Notes: generated by a model from the letters alone, not told the origin. A stretch of DNA of 64,000 nucleotides from Candidatus Poribacteria bacterium (GCA_965116925.1 OZ220744.1:320001-384000); one strand, 5' to 3'. Shown: positions 28,569 to 39,049, counted from the stretch's first letter. Translations and numbers: made by a program.

Positions 28569-29204
28569 ATGTACACCCATTTCTGCTACACTGTGTTTAT
28601 CTTAGCTTTATGTCTACTTTTGGTGAGTTGCGGACCACCCCCTCAAACCGGAAAGATGCCACCTATCCCTAGTGCAACTCGTTCACAATCTGCTTCAACT
28701 TCAGCACCGATGGCAACTCGAACCGCTCCCGCGACAGGGGCATTACCTGCTACTGCTGCGATTGATGTTACGAAGAAACCACTCCTGAAAGCGTTCTTCA
28801 AAAATGAACCTAGTGTCAACCGACTTGAAGACCTCTATGCGACGACAAAAGGGCAAGTCGAAAACCTCAGCGTTGTGTCCAACTGTGATTTAGATGCGTT
28901 AAAAGCGTTTGTCGCAACAGGCTGGGCTCCCATTATCCAATCAAAACGCTCTGGCAAGGGGCACCTTTCAGTGGTTATCAAATATGATGATGCTCAACAG
29001 CAGATTCAGATTGGCAATCCCATCAACACGAGAGCTTCGCGTATGCTTACTTATTCGGAGTTTGGAAGGGAGTGGTCAACCGGATCCGGGAATAAGTGTG
29101 TGTTAATCACCCCGAAAAAACTTAATACGCGGGACGTTCAGACCGCATTGAAAAAATACCTCCCTGAAGAACAGGTCGCCCGGATTCAGGTGAGGAGTCG
29201 ATGA
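28569..29204 (+). CDS. Lipoprotein with peptidase C39-like domain
   Basis: Lipobox LVSC; LKAFVATGWAPII..GHLSVVIKYDD..IGNP..YSEF..W. Confidence 0.65.
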   Translation: MYTHFCYTVFILALCLLLVSCGPPPQTGKMPPIPSATRSQSASTSAPMATRTAPATGALPATAAIDVTKKPLLKAFFKNEPSVNRLEDLYATTKGQVENLSVVSNCDLDALKAFVATGWAPIIQSKRSGKGHLSVVIKYDDAQQQIQIGNPINTRASRMLTYSEFGREWSTGSGNKCVLITPKKLNTRDVQTALKKYLPEEQVARIQVRSR

Positions 29205-29237
29205 TTAACAGACACTCTTGCAGAAAGGAACTGAAAC

Positions 29238-29717
29238 ATGAAATTGTCCCATGGAATCGGACTCACGTTGAGCCTCACGATCCTCTCACTGATAGGGTGT
29301 GAGCAGATACAGAATCGAGTTACAGACGGCTCTGATGTCCCCGATGGAATAGACCGGTCCGCTGTGATTATTAGCAATCGGGTTGAATCGTTTGGCGTTG
29401 ATGAATATGTCCTGAACACAGCGGGGATAACGGGTGATACGTTGTCGGTCAGTGTCTCGTTCAGCGGTGGGTGTAAGGAACACCACTTTACCCTTGTTAC
29501 CAACGGCATGTTTTTGGAGTCAGATCCGGTCCAACTGAAGTTATCGCTAGCGCACGATGCGAACAACGATCCATGTGAAGCATTCCCAACTGAGGAACAT
29601 CAATTTGACCTCAGCAGCATCAAAAGACTGTATCAATCCGCTTACCAGCAGGAATCGGGGGTCATAATTTTACTTCTCAAAGATGCGCCCCCTGGTGCGC
29701 TCATCTACGAGTTTTAG
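29238..29717 (+). CDS. Lipoprotein (NigD C-terminal-like)
   Basis: Lipobox LIGC; SGGCKEHHFTL..ESDPVQ..HDANNDPCEA..FDL. Confidence 0.7.
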   Translation: MKLSHGIGLTLSLTILSLIGCEQIQNRVTDGSDVPDGIDRSAVIISNRVESFGVDEYVLNTAGITGDTLSVSVSFSGGCKEHHFTLVTNGMFLESDPVQLKLSLAHDANNDPCEAFPTEEHQFDLSSIKRLYQSAYQQESGVIILLLKDAPPGALIYEF

Positions 29718-30473
29718 ATGATGTAAGGATTTGCGTCCCCAAGAGTGCACGGCTATGTCCGGTGTAAAACGGAAGTATACCAATCGGCTTTTTTTCAGAC
29801 TCAGTACGCGTTGATGTTTGCCAAGCTTCTTTTCGGATTTACGATAATGGCGGGGGTTGGGGATATGTTCGCCATCCGAATCGACAGCAAACGAGTTAAG
29901 TCCCACATCTACGCCAATCGTCGTGTGGACAGGGACTTCTATAGGAGCTGGCACTTCGACGCAGATAGTTACATACCAACCGCTGGCTCGCTTGATGACC
30001 GTCAGATTCTTGATGTTGCCGTCAGGTAAAGGACGGTGATAACGAATCTTGAGGTGTCCTATTTTCGGAACAACGACTTTGGCAAACTTACGATGTACAC
30101 TCCGGACCAGCTGCTTGGACAGGTGGCTAAAGGTCATTGACCGGTATCGCCCTTCGCCTTTGAAGCGTGGGAAGCCCGGTGCCGCCCCGTTCTTAGCACG
30201 GCGGAAGAATGCTTTGTACGCTTTATCCAAACGGCGCATCGCATCTTGGAGAACATCCGCGTGAAGTCCTGCATAAGCCTTGGAGGCTGCTTTCAAGTCA
30301 GGTAAGGCGTTGGCTTGGGTCGTCCATTTGACAGAATCGTTATTTTTCTTGTAAGCGTCTATCCGCCACGCTAACGCTTGATTGTAGAGATTTCTCAACA
30401 AGGCAAGCCAAAGCAAAAAAGTATGTCGCTGTTTCGTCGTAGGATAGGCACGATATTCATAACTCTTTTTCAT
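29670..30473 (-). pseudogene. tnpB: C-terminally truncated TnpB (IS200/IS605 RNA-guided nuclease)
   Basis: YEYRAYPT..Q, RNLYNQAL, GFPRFK, VPKIG, GWYV, RuvC-I IGVDVGL. Similarity ends at HQRVLSLKKS; no RuvC-II/III or Zn finger. Confidence 0.9.
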
Positions 30474-30606
30474 ATGGGTTAGCTTTCTGGCTTTCATTCC
30501 TTTTCTACGAGGTGTAGGGGACATCCCGAAGGGTTCGGGATGGTAGAAATCCCCTACGAAAGCCATAAGAACTGTACCATATTTCACACAACTTTTCAAC
30601 GAAAAA

Positions 30607-30660
30607 GGAGCGCAGTTTCCTCCCCGCTCTAAAGAACGGGGTCTTCACTGCGAAGAGTTG
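30607..30660 (-). mobile_element. IS200/IS605 left-end hairpin
   Basis: CGCAGT..CCCCGCTCTAAAGAACGGGG..ACTGCG upstream of tnpB. Confidence 0.7.
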
Positions 30661-33600
30661 ATGAATAAGTTGATTCGGGCGTTACCGGTTGTGTTGGGAC
30701 TTTGTGCAGTGTTGGTATCGATTCCATCATGGGTGTATGCCAAAATGGGAGCAAGACAGGCACTTCAATTGAAAGCGGCATCAACATTGCCACGGCTTAA
30801 ATCCGCTTCAGCCACCGGGGTCCGTGTTCGCTGGCATCGGGACAGAGGGACGGTGCGAAGCCTTTACAATCTGACCTTACCTGCGCCACCGGGGACACCT
30901 GAAACATCAGCACGTCAATGTCTGAGCGACTATTGCGACCTGTTTGCGATGACTGATCCGACGGTCGAGTTGCGGTTAAAGGGTATCCAAACTAGCTTAA
31001 CGGGCAAGCATATCCGATTCCATCAATACTACAAGGGTCTTGAAGTCTACGGTGCGTCAATCTCGGTCCACAGCAACCGTTCCGGTCAGATACGAGTTAT
31101 CCACAGCAACTACTTCCCACAGATTGACATCAGCACATCGGCATCGCTCTCAGCAGAACAGGCGATAGGCATCGCACTTGCGGAGTTCGGTGGGTTTGAT
31201 TTACGGAAGCCATCGGTTGCTGAGTTGGTAGTCTTCCCGGTTGAGGAGGCGGGACAACGAGACGACTATACCGATGCGTATCGCCTCGCTTACCGCGCAA
31301 TCGTGCACTTGCGTCATCCGTTGGTGAGCTGGGAGTATATTATAGACGCCCACACGGGCGAACCGTTACACCGACAAGATCTGCTCCGGTTCGCTGATGG
31401 GCGGGGGCGCGTGTTTAATCCGAGTCCGGTTGTCGCACTCAAAGATGACACGCTGATGGACCAAGACGATTCAGCAGACGCTATACCCGAAGCAGCCTAC
31501 ACCGATGTGATACTCCTTGAGTTGGACGGCAGCGGTTTTCTCGATGGTCGTTATGTGAGCACCCGATTGACCCCCGATCGTGCCAACGAGCCGAGTTTAG
31601 AGTTTAACTACCTCCGAGACGATCCCCGATTTGAAGAAGTGATGGTCTATTATCATGTCGATACGGTCGCCCGTTATCTGAAAGGGATCGGCTTCGATTT
31701 TGTCGATGATTGGCAGATCCCTACAAATGTCCATGTCAGTGAGGGACCCGATGCGTTCTACGATCATACTGATATGTCGATTAATTTCGGGGATGGTGGC
31801 GTGGATCTTGCCGAAGATGCAGAGGTGATTATCCACGAATATGGACACGCTATCTTGGATAGACAGGTCCCCGGCATCTTTGGCGGCGAAGGTAGCGCGA
31901 TCCATGAAGGGTTCAGCGATTTCATCGCAGCCAGTTTTTTTACCGCAGTCAGCGATGGTTATGGTGATACGATTGTTTTTGACTGGGTAGGCAGTCATGA
32001 TCCTGAATATGGAGGCACCCGTCCCGTCAACGGTTCTAAGCACTATCCCGAAGACATCGTGGGTCAACCACACGCTGATGGTGAGATGTGGTCGGCATCG
32101 CTATGGGAGCTGTTTGAAGCCCTCGGACGCGATGGTTCTATCCGTTTGGTGATTGAGAGCCATTTTTACCTGTCGTCCGATCCAGAATTTGTTGATGGTG
32201 CGTCGGCACTATTTGTAGCGGATCAAGGGTTAAATGGCGGTGTCAATCAGGATCTCATCTTGGGGGTTATGGAGGGGCGTGGTTTCCTTACACCACCTAA
32301 ATTGGTATCAGATGCCTTCGAGGAGAACGACACAGCGGACACCGCAGCTGTTGTTGAGCTTCCATTTGTCAATGAGGAGTTGTCGATCCACACAACGGAT
32401 AATGATGATTACTATACCTTCAATTTGGCAGAGCCGATGCAGATGGGGTTGGGGATTGACTTCCAACCGATCTACGGGGAGTTAATGCTCACATTGACCG
32501 GTGCTGATGGTGTTGTGCACGTGACGTTTGAGACGAAGGATGTCGCATCGCTTGAATTGGTGTCGGGCGATTATCTTGTGACCGTTTCTGGTGTCAACGG
32601 TGCGACCAACGATTATAAACTTGCACTGATTATAGACAGCCACGGCGATACATCTGACGCGGCGACCGCGGTAGCAATTGGGGACACGGTAGAGAGTTTC
32701 ATTGACTTCAGTAGTGATACCGATTTCTTCTCATTTGAAGGTAAGCAAGGTCAGCTGATCGACATCACGATTAAGAAGGACGACTCCGAGCTTGACTCTC
32801 TACTGGTTGTCTATGGACCCGATGGTGCACTTTTTGCCAAAAACGATGATGCTTTGACCGGCTTTTTTGATCCGTTTGCCGAACTCAATCCGAGTGGGAT
32901 TGATTCCCGTGTGAATGAAGAATTGCCCGCCGATGGGACGTATCTGCTCGCAGTGAGTAACATCGCTCCGCCGCAGCTGAACGCGCCGTTTGGGGGTATC
33001 AACTATTCCTATACGTTGTCGATAACAGAAAATGTTGACGACCATGCCTCCTGTGGTAGCGGCGAGGAGACGCCATTGGTCCGCAACGAACCGATAACAG
33101 GGGTGATCAGTCCTTTTAGCGATCCTGACAACCCCTTTGGCGATGACTCGGACGGCTTTCGGTTCGATGCAGCGGCGGGTGATGTGATTGCCTTGCACCT
33201 TGAAGTCGAAAGCGCGGGTCAATTTACATATGTGAGTCTCAGTCTTTTTGATGAAGCGGGTGAGGAGTTAGTATCGACTTTCGGTGACTCAGAATTGCGG
33301 ATTGATGGCTATGAAGTCCATACCGATGGCGTCTATTGTGTTGAAATCAGCGGCGGTTTCTCGACAGATGATGATACCCCCTATACGCTCACTTTATCTG
33401 AAGGCGAACTCCAAGATGATGATCATGACGCACGGTGGGGCGATCCGACCCCGATTCAAGATGATGTGCCGATTGCGGGTGTGATCAATTTTGAAGGCGA
33501 TACCGATGCGTTTCAGTTTACCGCGACCGAAGGCTCTATCATTCGGTTAAATGTCGAGTTGAATCCAACCCTCCTGTTCGCCGGCGTAGGCGTGAGTTTG

Positions 33601-34665
33601 TATGATGCCGACTTCGAGTGGTTGGCGGAGTCTATCTGGAGCGGGGTTGAAGATGATACTTTGTTAGAGTTTGATGAGCTACGAAACGGATTTACGATCC
33701 CTGTAAACGGCACCTACTATATCGAGGTCGAATCGTTTTTCGGAGAGCCTAGCGATGATTTCAGCTACACACTCACGCTCATATTTGACGAAGGCGGCGT
33801 TTTTGGGGTCTTTCCGCCCTATGATGTCAATCAAGATGGCAAGGTTGATGTCTTCGATCTGGTGCTTGTCGGTCAACATTTCGGAGAAAACTTCATTACC
33901 GCCACGCCCCCCGCTGATTTTGGGCAACTGCGATCAGTCTTGCCTGAAGGGGAGTTGCGTCTCTCGATGACGCCGAGTGCGACCGATATACGACAGTTGA
34001 CCGTCTCTATCGACACCACTGCGATCGAAGATCTTTACGGCTACCATTTCTCTATCCAGTATGATAAGGCGGTATTAGAACTCATGACGGCTTCACCCAG
34101 TCCCGTGTTAGCTAAGGCACAAAACGACAGCTACTGGCATCTCGCGCAAAAGGGGACACAACTCGAACTGATGCACACACGGCAGGGAGCGCAGCAGGGG
34201 GTAACCGCAGCAGGTGCGCTGGCAACGCTTGTCTTTGATGTCAAAGAAACAAAACTCCATTCGGCACAACCGCCGATCCAGATTGTTGAGATGCAACTGG
34301 CGGATTCCCGAACACGGGCGATACCTGTGGAGATGGTCCGTGAACGGGTTTCGATACGGGAGCTGTTTCCTGATAAGCCGATGCTGATGCAGAACTACCC
34401 TAACCCGTTTAACCCTGAAACATGGATTCCGTATCAACTCTCTGCCGATTCGGAAGTCGTTATCTCAATTTATGATACACAGGGGGAGATTATCCGTCGA
34501 TTTGATCTCGGTTATCAGCAGGTCGGGACATACAGCACTCGCGGTCGGGCAGCGTATTGGGACGGCAGAAATGAGTTTGGTGAGGCTGTAGCAAGCGGTG
34601 TTTATTTTTACCACCTTTCGACGGGGGATTATTCCGCCACGCGGAGAATGGTTATTCTGAAATAA
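30661..34665 (+). CDS. Secreted M36/M4-like metallopeptidase with FTP propeptide, PPC repeats, dockerin/cohesin-like and FlgD-Ig/T9SS-type C-terminal domain
   Basis: IHEYGH Zn motif, AIHEGFSD, HADGEMW, repeated D.D.F.F...G PPC motifs, DVNQDGKVDVFDL, NYPNPFNPETWIPY. Confidence 0.9.
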   Translation: MNKLIRALPVVLGLCAVLVSIPSWVYAKMGARQALQLKAASTLPRLKSASATGVRVRWHRDRGTVRSLYNLTLPAPPGTPETSARQCLSDYCDLFAMTDPTVELRLKGIQTSLTGKHIRFHQYYKGLEVYGASISVHSNRSGQIRVIHSNYFPQIDISTSASLSAEQAIGIALAEFGGFDLRKPSVAELVVFPVEEAGQRDDYTDAYRLAYRAIVHLRHPLVSWEYIIDAHTGEPLHRQDLLRFADGRGRVFNPSPVVALKDDTLMDQDDSADAIPEAAYTDVILLELDGSGFLDGRYVSTRLTPDRANEPSLEFNYLRDDPRFEEVMVYYHVDTVARYLKGIGFDFVDDWQIPTNVHVSEGPDAFYDHTDMSINFGDGGVDLAEDAEVIIHEYGHAILDRQVPGIFGGEGSAIHEGFSDFIAASFFTAVSDGYGDTIVFDWVGSHDPEYGGTRPVNGSKHYPEDIVGQPHADGEMWSASLWELFEALGRDGSIRLVIESHFYLSSDPEFVDGASALFVADQGLNGGVNQDLILGVMEGRGFLTPPKLVSDAFEENDTADTAAVVELPFVNEELSIHTTDNDDYYTFNLAEPMQMGLGIDFQPIYGELMLTLTGADGVVHVTFETKDVASLELVSGDYLVTVSGVNGATNDYKLALIIDSHGDTSDAATAVAIGDTVESFIDFSSDTDFFSFEGKQGQLIDITIKKDDSELDSLLVVYGPDGALFAKNDDALTGFFDPFAELNPSGIDSRVNEELPADGTYLLAVSNIAPPQLNAPFGGINYSYTLSITENVDDHASCGSGEETPLVRNEPITGVISPFSDPDNPFGDDSDGFRFDAAAGDVIALHLEVESAGQFTYVSLSLFDEAGEELVSTFGDSELRIDGYEVHTDGVYCVEISGGFSTDDDTPYTLTLSEGELQDDDHDARWGDPTPIQDDVPIAGVINFEGDTDAFQFTATEGSIIRLNVELNPTLLFAGVGVSLYDADFEWLAESIWSGVEDDTLLEFDELRNGFTIPVNGTYYIEVESFFGEPSDDFSYTLTLIFDEGGVFGVFPPYDVNQDGKVDVFDLVLVGQHFGENFITATPPADFGQLRSVLPEGELRLSMTPSATDIRQLTVSIDTTAIEDLYGYHFSIQYDKAVLELMTASPSPVLAKAQNDSYWHLAQKGTQLELMHTRQGAQQGVTAAGALATLVFDVKETKLHSAQPPIQIVEMQLADSRTRAIPVEMVRERVSIRELFPDKPMLMQNYPNPFNPETWIPYQLSADSEVVISIYDTQGEIIRRFDLGYQQVGTYSTRGRAAYWDGRNEFGEAVASGVYFYHLSTGDYSATRRMVILK

Positions 34666-35110
34666 CGTCTGATGTTGGACAATCATTCGGCTCTTGGAGC
34701 AAGGCAGATGAAAGACTTCTATTATGAAAAACTCATATAGGGGGCTAGTTGCGCCCGTGCTTGTCGATGTGTGTCATCGTGGGGTGATGGATCAGTATTG
34801 CTTACGCTTTGGTTCTACATGGAGAGCCGGTTGCCGAACCGGTCCCGACGCTCCGATCATGTCGGGATGAACGTAGTGATTCTCAGCCAATCGAAAACCC
34901 ACGTTTTTCGCCGAAAAGCGAGTTGAACTTAGGGTGCCGATGTAACGGTCTAAAATCTTTTGTATTATGTTTGGGTGCATTGATTCTTGCTCTGAGGTTC
35001 TGCACGCGTTAGTGCATACGTACTTGGGTTTTCTAAACGATTCTGGGCATTTGGCAGGTTCTAAGATTAATGGAAACAGCAAATTCAGTGGTCATCTCCG
35101 CAAATACCTG

Positions 35111-35127
35111 TTGGCATACAATTTGCC
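35111..35127 (+). promoter_or_regulatory. Putative sigma-54 promoter
   Basis: TTGGCAT-ACAAT-TTGC, GG 35113-4 and GC 35125-6. Confidence 0.6.
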
Positions 35128-35372
35128 TCTACTTCAGGCGTGAATACCTGTTGTTCGTTGACTCAAGATACTGCGATTCGCTAATAGGCAGTTCATCACG
35201 GTATTACAAATGCCAAATCGGGAGCAATAAAATGAATGCCAAGAGAATTTCAGGGGCGTTGATGGTATCACTAGTGATTCACGGTATCATCATGCTAATC
35301 GCGAGCATAAAAGTTCATCGGCGAGTTACCTACGCGGGTGGGGACTTTGACCATAATAGGAGGGAATAGTAA

Positions 35373-35852
35373 ATGGACTTTTCAGCGTGGAACGCCAACC
35401 GCCTCATCGCACCAATTCTAATCGTCTCCATATCCATAGTCCTATCTGGGTGTGCTGCAAAACCCTCAGCCAAGCCTGCTGTAACCAAGCCTGCTGTAAC
35501 AGCGGACTACAAACTAGGACACGTAGATGGCTACAACGCCGCAATCGACTATCCCAAAATCGACTATCCCCACAGAGTGAATGGTTTCGCTTACTACAGT
35601 TACCACACAGACTTAATAAACTTAACGCTCCCCGAAGCAGTGCAAAAGAAAATCCGCAACAAAACCGTTGAATATCAGCGCGGTTTCGCTAACGGTTGGA
35701 AAGTCAGCCATGACGCGGCTAAATACGTTTTATACGGCATCACAACTGGCAACCCACCCATAATAACTGAGAATGACAGCAGAGGCGGTATAATCGTGCC
35801 CACAATTAACCACAGAACCAAAATACGCCCATACAAGCGTAAACCGCAGTAA
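35373..35852 (+). CDS. Hypothetical lipoprotein
   Basis: AGGAGG RBS; lipobox LSGC. Confidence 0.7.
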   Translation: MDFSAWNANRLIAPILIVSISIVLSGCAAKPSAKPAVTKPAVTADYKLGHVDGYNAAIDYPKIDYPHRVNGFAYYSYHTDLINLTLPEAVQKKIRNKTVEYQRGFANGWKVSHDAAKYVLYGITTGNPPIITENDSRGGIIVPTINHRTKIRPYKRKPQ

Positions 35853-36014
35853 ATTCAATAATCCCAATCCCACTCATCGCCCCCATAAGTGTCAATTCGT
35901 TGCGCGATGAAAAGCGGACTGAACAAGCAGACCGAAGATTTGGATCAGCAAGGCGAGACGTTCCTCCACGCGCTGGAACGACTGGAGGATCGGTTAGATA
36001 AGCGGAGGTATCTT

Positions 36015-36590
36015 GTGACAAAACAATTCGGTCAGTGTAGAGATCTATTTATCAGTTCGCTGTTAGCGATGCTTATTGCCTTTCTATTGATGGGTTGTTC
36101 TATGTTCAATAGTGTCACCGTCCCACTTGATATAGACGCATTACTGGGGACTTCAGCTGAAGACTTCGATTCTCGGTTGAAAGAGATGGCGGACGCCCGG
36201 TTGATCAGTGAGGAGCAGGGGCAGCATCTTGTCAGAATCTATGAGATAGTGCTTGCCGACACGGATCAGCGTCCCCGTGTTGAGGGTTATTTCAAGGAGA
36301 GCGATGCGCGAGCGCGTCGTGTCGTTGTGTATTTCGATAGGTACGTCCGCAAGCCGGACGCGCTTGAGTGGTTGGGATTTGCTCCGTTAGATCTCATCGA
36401 GTCTTCCATTGAGCATTATACGTGGGAAGCTCGCACAGCGGGACGATGGTGGTACATCTATCAGGTAGAATACCCGTCGTCTGATATAACTCTCGGCTCC
36501 GTCGGTGAGACGAAACTCTGCTTTATTGACTGGGGGACACACAATTTTAGCAGGGAGACGTTTGTAAAAGCGTGGTGTCGTGGTCGATAA
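36015..36590 (+). CDS. Hypothetical lipoprotein (paralog of 37674-38207)
   Basis: GGAGG RBS before GTG; lipobox LMGC. Confidence 0.7.
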   Translation: MTKQFGQCRDLFISSLLAMLIAFLLMGCSMFNSVTVPLDIDALLGTSAEDFDSRLKEMADARLISEEQGQHLVRIYEIVLADTDQRPRVEGYFKESDARARRVVVYFDRYVRKPDALEWLGFAPLDLIESSIEHYTWEARTAGRWWYIYQVEYPSSDITLGSVGETKLCFIDWGTHNFSRETFVKAWCRGR

Positions 36591-36603
36591 GTGGAGGTAT
36601 CCT

Positions 36604-37320
36604 ATGAAAGCGATAATGACGATGTTAGGTCAGTTTCTGCGTAAGCCTGTAGTTATCAGCGCATTTATTTCGGTGGTGCTTATTATGGGTGGGGCGTGTG
36701 TATGGTGGTTAGGGTGGGGGTGGTCAGAGTGGGGTTCGCATGATCAACCGTGGCATCCTGGGCGGGCGGAGTGGAATACCCTGATAATCGACACGGACAG
36801 CGCGGCTTTGCCGCCACTTGAATCCCCGAATGGACTGGGTTTGTATCCCGATATTCCGTCGGATTATCCGCATCAAAATATATGGGCTGCTCTAGAGAGG
36901 GGACAGTTGATGCCTGATAAGTGGTTTGCACTGAGTATAGGGCTTGGCTATGGGGATAGGTGGAGAACGTTGGTGCCGGGTAAAACGAGTCTGTCCCTTT
37001 TGAATCACGAGTTAGTCCATCGTGTGCTTATCCAACTTTGGAAACAAGGGGTGCAGGTAGATAACGGACTTTTTGACCGGTATACCGGCAAGGTCTATCC
37101 GCTATATAGAGACACGGTGTATGTGTGGTGGTTACAGTTAGCAAATCCCGATGGCAGTATCGAGCGAGATTTGGTCGGGCTGCTCTGCGATCCTGACCTA
37201 AAAGACTATCACGCCGCGATTGAGGGAGGAACGCAGCCGAGTTGGTTGAAAGTCGTCCCTTACGATGAGGGGGGTATTAACCCGTATTCCTTTCTGGAAT
37301 TGGCAAAAGTTTCATTTTAG
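36604..37320 (+). CDS. Membrane-anchored hypothetical protein
   Basis: GGAGG RBS; N-terminal TM helix. Confidence 0.7.
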   Translation: MKAIMTMLGQFLRKPVVISAFISVVLIMGGACVWWLGWGWSEWGSHDQPWHPGRAEWNTLIIDTDSAALPPLESPNGLGLYPDIPSDYPHQNIWAALERGQLMPDKWFALSIGLGYGDRWRTLVPGKTSLSLLNHELVHRVLIQLWKQGVQVDNGLFDRYTGKVYPLYRDTVYVWWLQLANPDGSIERDLVGLLCDPDLKDYHAAIEGGTQPSWLKVVPYDEGGINPYSFLELAKVSF

Positions 37321-37356
37321 GGGATAGGGCTGATATTTCCTAACAGGCGTTGGGGT

Positions 37357-37506
37357 ATGAGCATGTTACGAAGTGTCAAACTTCATCTGAGTTTCAAGGG
37401 ACGGCTGAACCGTCTTAGCTACTTCATTGGAAGTGTCATACTTTATTTTATTTATTATCTTGTGTGCTCTCTTATTGAGGTTGTGGGAGGCGTTGTGAGT
37501 AAGTAA
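37357..37506 (+). pseudogene. DUF805-like membrane protein fragment
   Basis: Translates MSMLRSVKLHLSFKGRLNRLSYFIG..; SF.GR.NR..Y motif, stop after 49 aa. Confidence 0.5.
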
Positions 37507-37673
37507 TTAGAGACCTTCTTGGTGCACAACATGCGCCACATACGCCGCCGTGAGGGCGGGCATGTATCGGAGTATCAATGGGACGACGGGGCAATCAGCC
37601 TTATCTTATGGGGCAGACGGTTCAATCAACTCCGTATCATCTATATCGAAGAACAGAGGGGGATAAGTTGGTT

Positions 37674-38207
37674 ATGAGCACCAGAAATTTGACAACGCCG
37701 CTATATTTTATTATCGTGGGGGTTGTGATTATCGGTTGCGGGGCAGCACCACCCCTATATGTCATTGATGTGCAGAAACTCGCCGGCGAAACACCTGCCA
37801 CTGCTGAGAGCCTATTGCATGAGATGGTGCCGTGCCAGTTAAAACATGAGGAACGGTGGGAAGAAGGACAAACTGATGTCCAAGACATCATCGGCAAACT
37901 TAACACGAGGAGGTATCAGATACACAACGGTCAAGTGGATCAGTGGGAACGGAAGCCAACGGTCGATCTGACCTTCGATCCTGAATACGAAGAACGGGTG
38001 CATCGGATACGGGTGTCTTTCAGCGAATATGTCGATCCGGTAGACGTGTTCCGGCGGCTGGGGTATTCCCCAAAGGATCAGATAAAACATTACTACTCGC
38101 CCAATGCGTGGTATTTTATCACGCGGGTGTATCTACATCAGGTCCATTTCGAGGATACAGGACAATCCACCGCGGTCACTATCCATTTAGACGCTTTGAC
38201 CCATTGA
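37674..38207 (+). CDS. Hypothetical lipoprotein
   Basis: Lipobox IIGC; similar to 36015-36590. Confidence 0.7.
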   Translation: MSTRNLTTPLYFIIVGVVIIGCGAAPPLYVIDVQKLAGETPATAESLLHEMVPCQLKHEERWEEGQTDVQDIIGKLNTRRYQIHNGQVDQWERKPTVDLTFDPEYEERVHRIRVSFSEYVDPVDVFRRLGYSPKDQIKHYYSPNAWYFITRVYLHQVHFEDTGQSTAVTIHLDALTH

Positions 38208-38230
38208 AATACCAAAAAGGAGGGACATTT

Positions 38231-38995
38231 ATGAAATTAAAGATTGCAATTCTCGCTGTTCTTGCTCTTGTGGTCGTTGTCATTGCCGGATTGTATTCCT
38301 CTTTCACACAAAACTCTATAGAAAAAATCGCTGCCCAAGTGTTAGCGGGTAACTATCCCCGTGAAAAGAAGGCAGAATTAACCCCCGAATTGAAAGCGTT
38401 TGTGGATTGGTATGAACCGATGGTTAAGGATACACCTGAAGATGTCTTACAGGTAATGAAACGTTTTGATCCAAAATACAGAAGCAGCAGCGGGCAGCGG
38501 GATAAAAAGTTAGAGACGGTTGTCCCCACCGACGAATGGATTGAACGAATCTTGAAGATGAACATAAAGATTGAGGATTATGAGGATTATGCAGCGTATC
38601 TTGGCGGAAGATGGGACATTTACCGCGCAATAAAGGATCCGGCAGAACTCGCTGATTTGAAAGATTGGTATGAGTTGGCAGATTCAGCGTCTTGGGATGA
38701 AGTCCTCGAAGCGGACATCAGAATGAGCGAAAAACTGCACACGCTGATAAAACAAGCGCGGGCAAAGGATTGGCGAGTCTCTAGCGGGAGTTTGGGGAAA
38801 GATGGGGTCTTTATCCCGAACCGATTGGCAACCATTTATGTCCAACCCGGCACAATCAGCGCCGGAACAGGCGTGCCCGAAGGGTTGGTCCATGAAATTG
38901 GGAAGTGGAAAGCGGGAGTGGCTCCGAAACCAAAGATTCCATTCTACATTGACGTTATCTACCTCGATGAAAAAGGGCAACCTATTAAACATTAA
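38231..38995 (+). CDS. Membrane-anchored hypothetical protein
   Basis: AGGAGG RBS; MKLKIAILAVLALVVVV anchor. Confidence 0.75.
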   Translation: MKLKIAILAVLALVVVVIAGLYSSFTQNSIEKIAAQVLAGNYPREKKAELTPELKAFVDWYEPMVKDTPEDVLQVMKRFDPKYRSSSGQRDKKLETVVPTDEWIERILKMNIKIEDYEDYAAYLGGRWDIYRAIKDPAELADLKDWYELADSASWDEVLEADIRMSEKLHTLIKQARAKDWRVSSGSLGKDGVFIPNRLATIYVQPGTISAGTGVPEGLVHEIGKWKAGVAPKPKIPFYIDVIYLDEKGQPIKH

Positions 38996-39049
38996 CCCCA
39001 AAACGGGCGAAGGCTTGTATTGTGCCGCTATACCGAAGGAGTTAGAACA

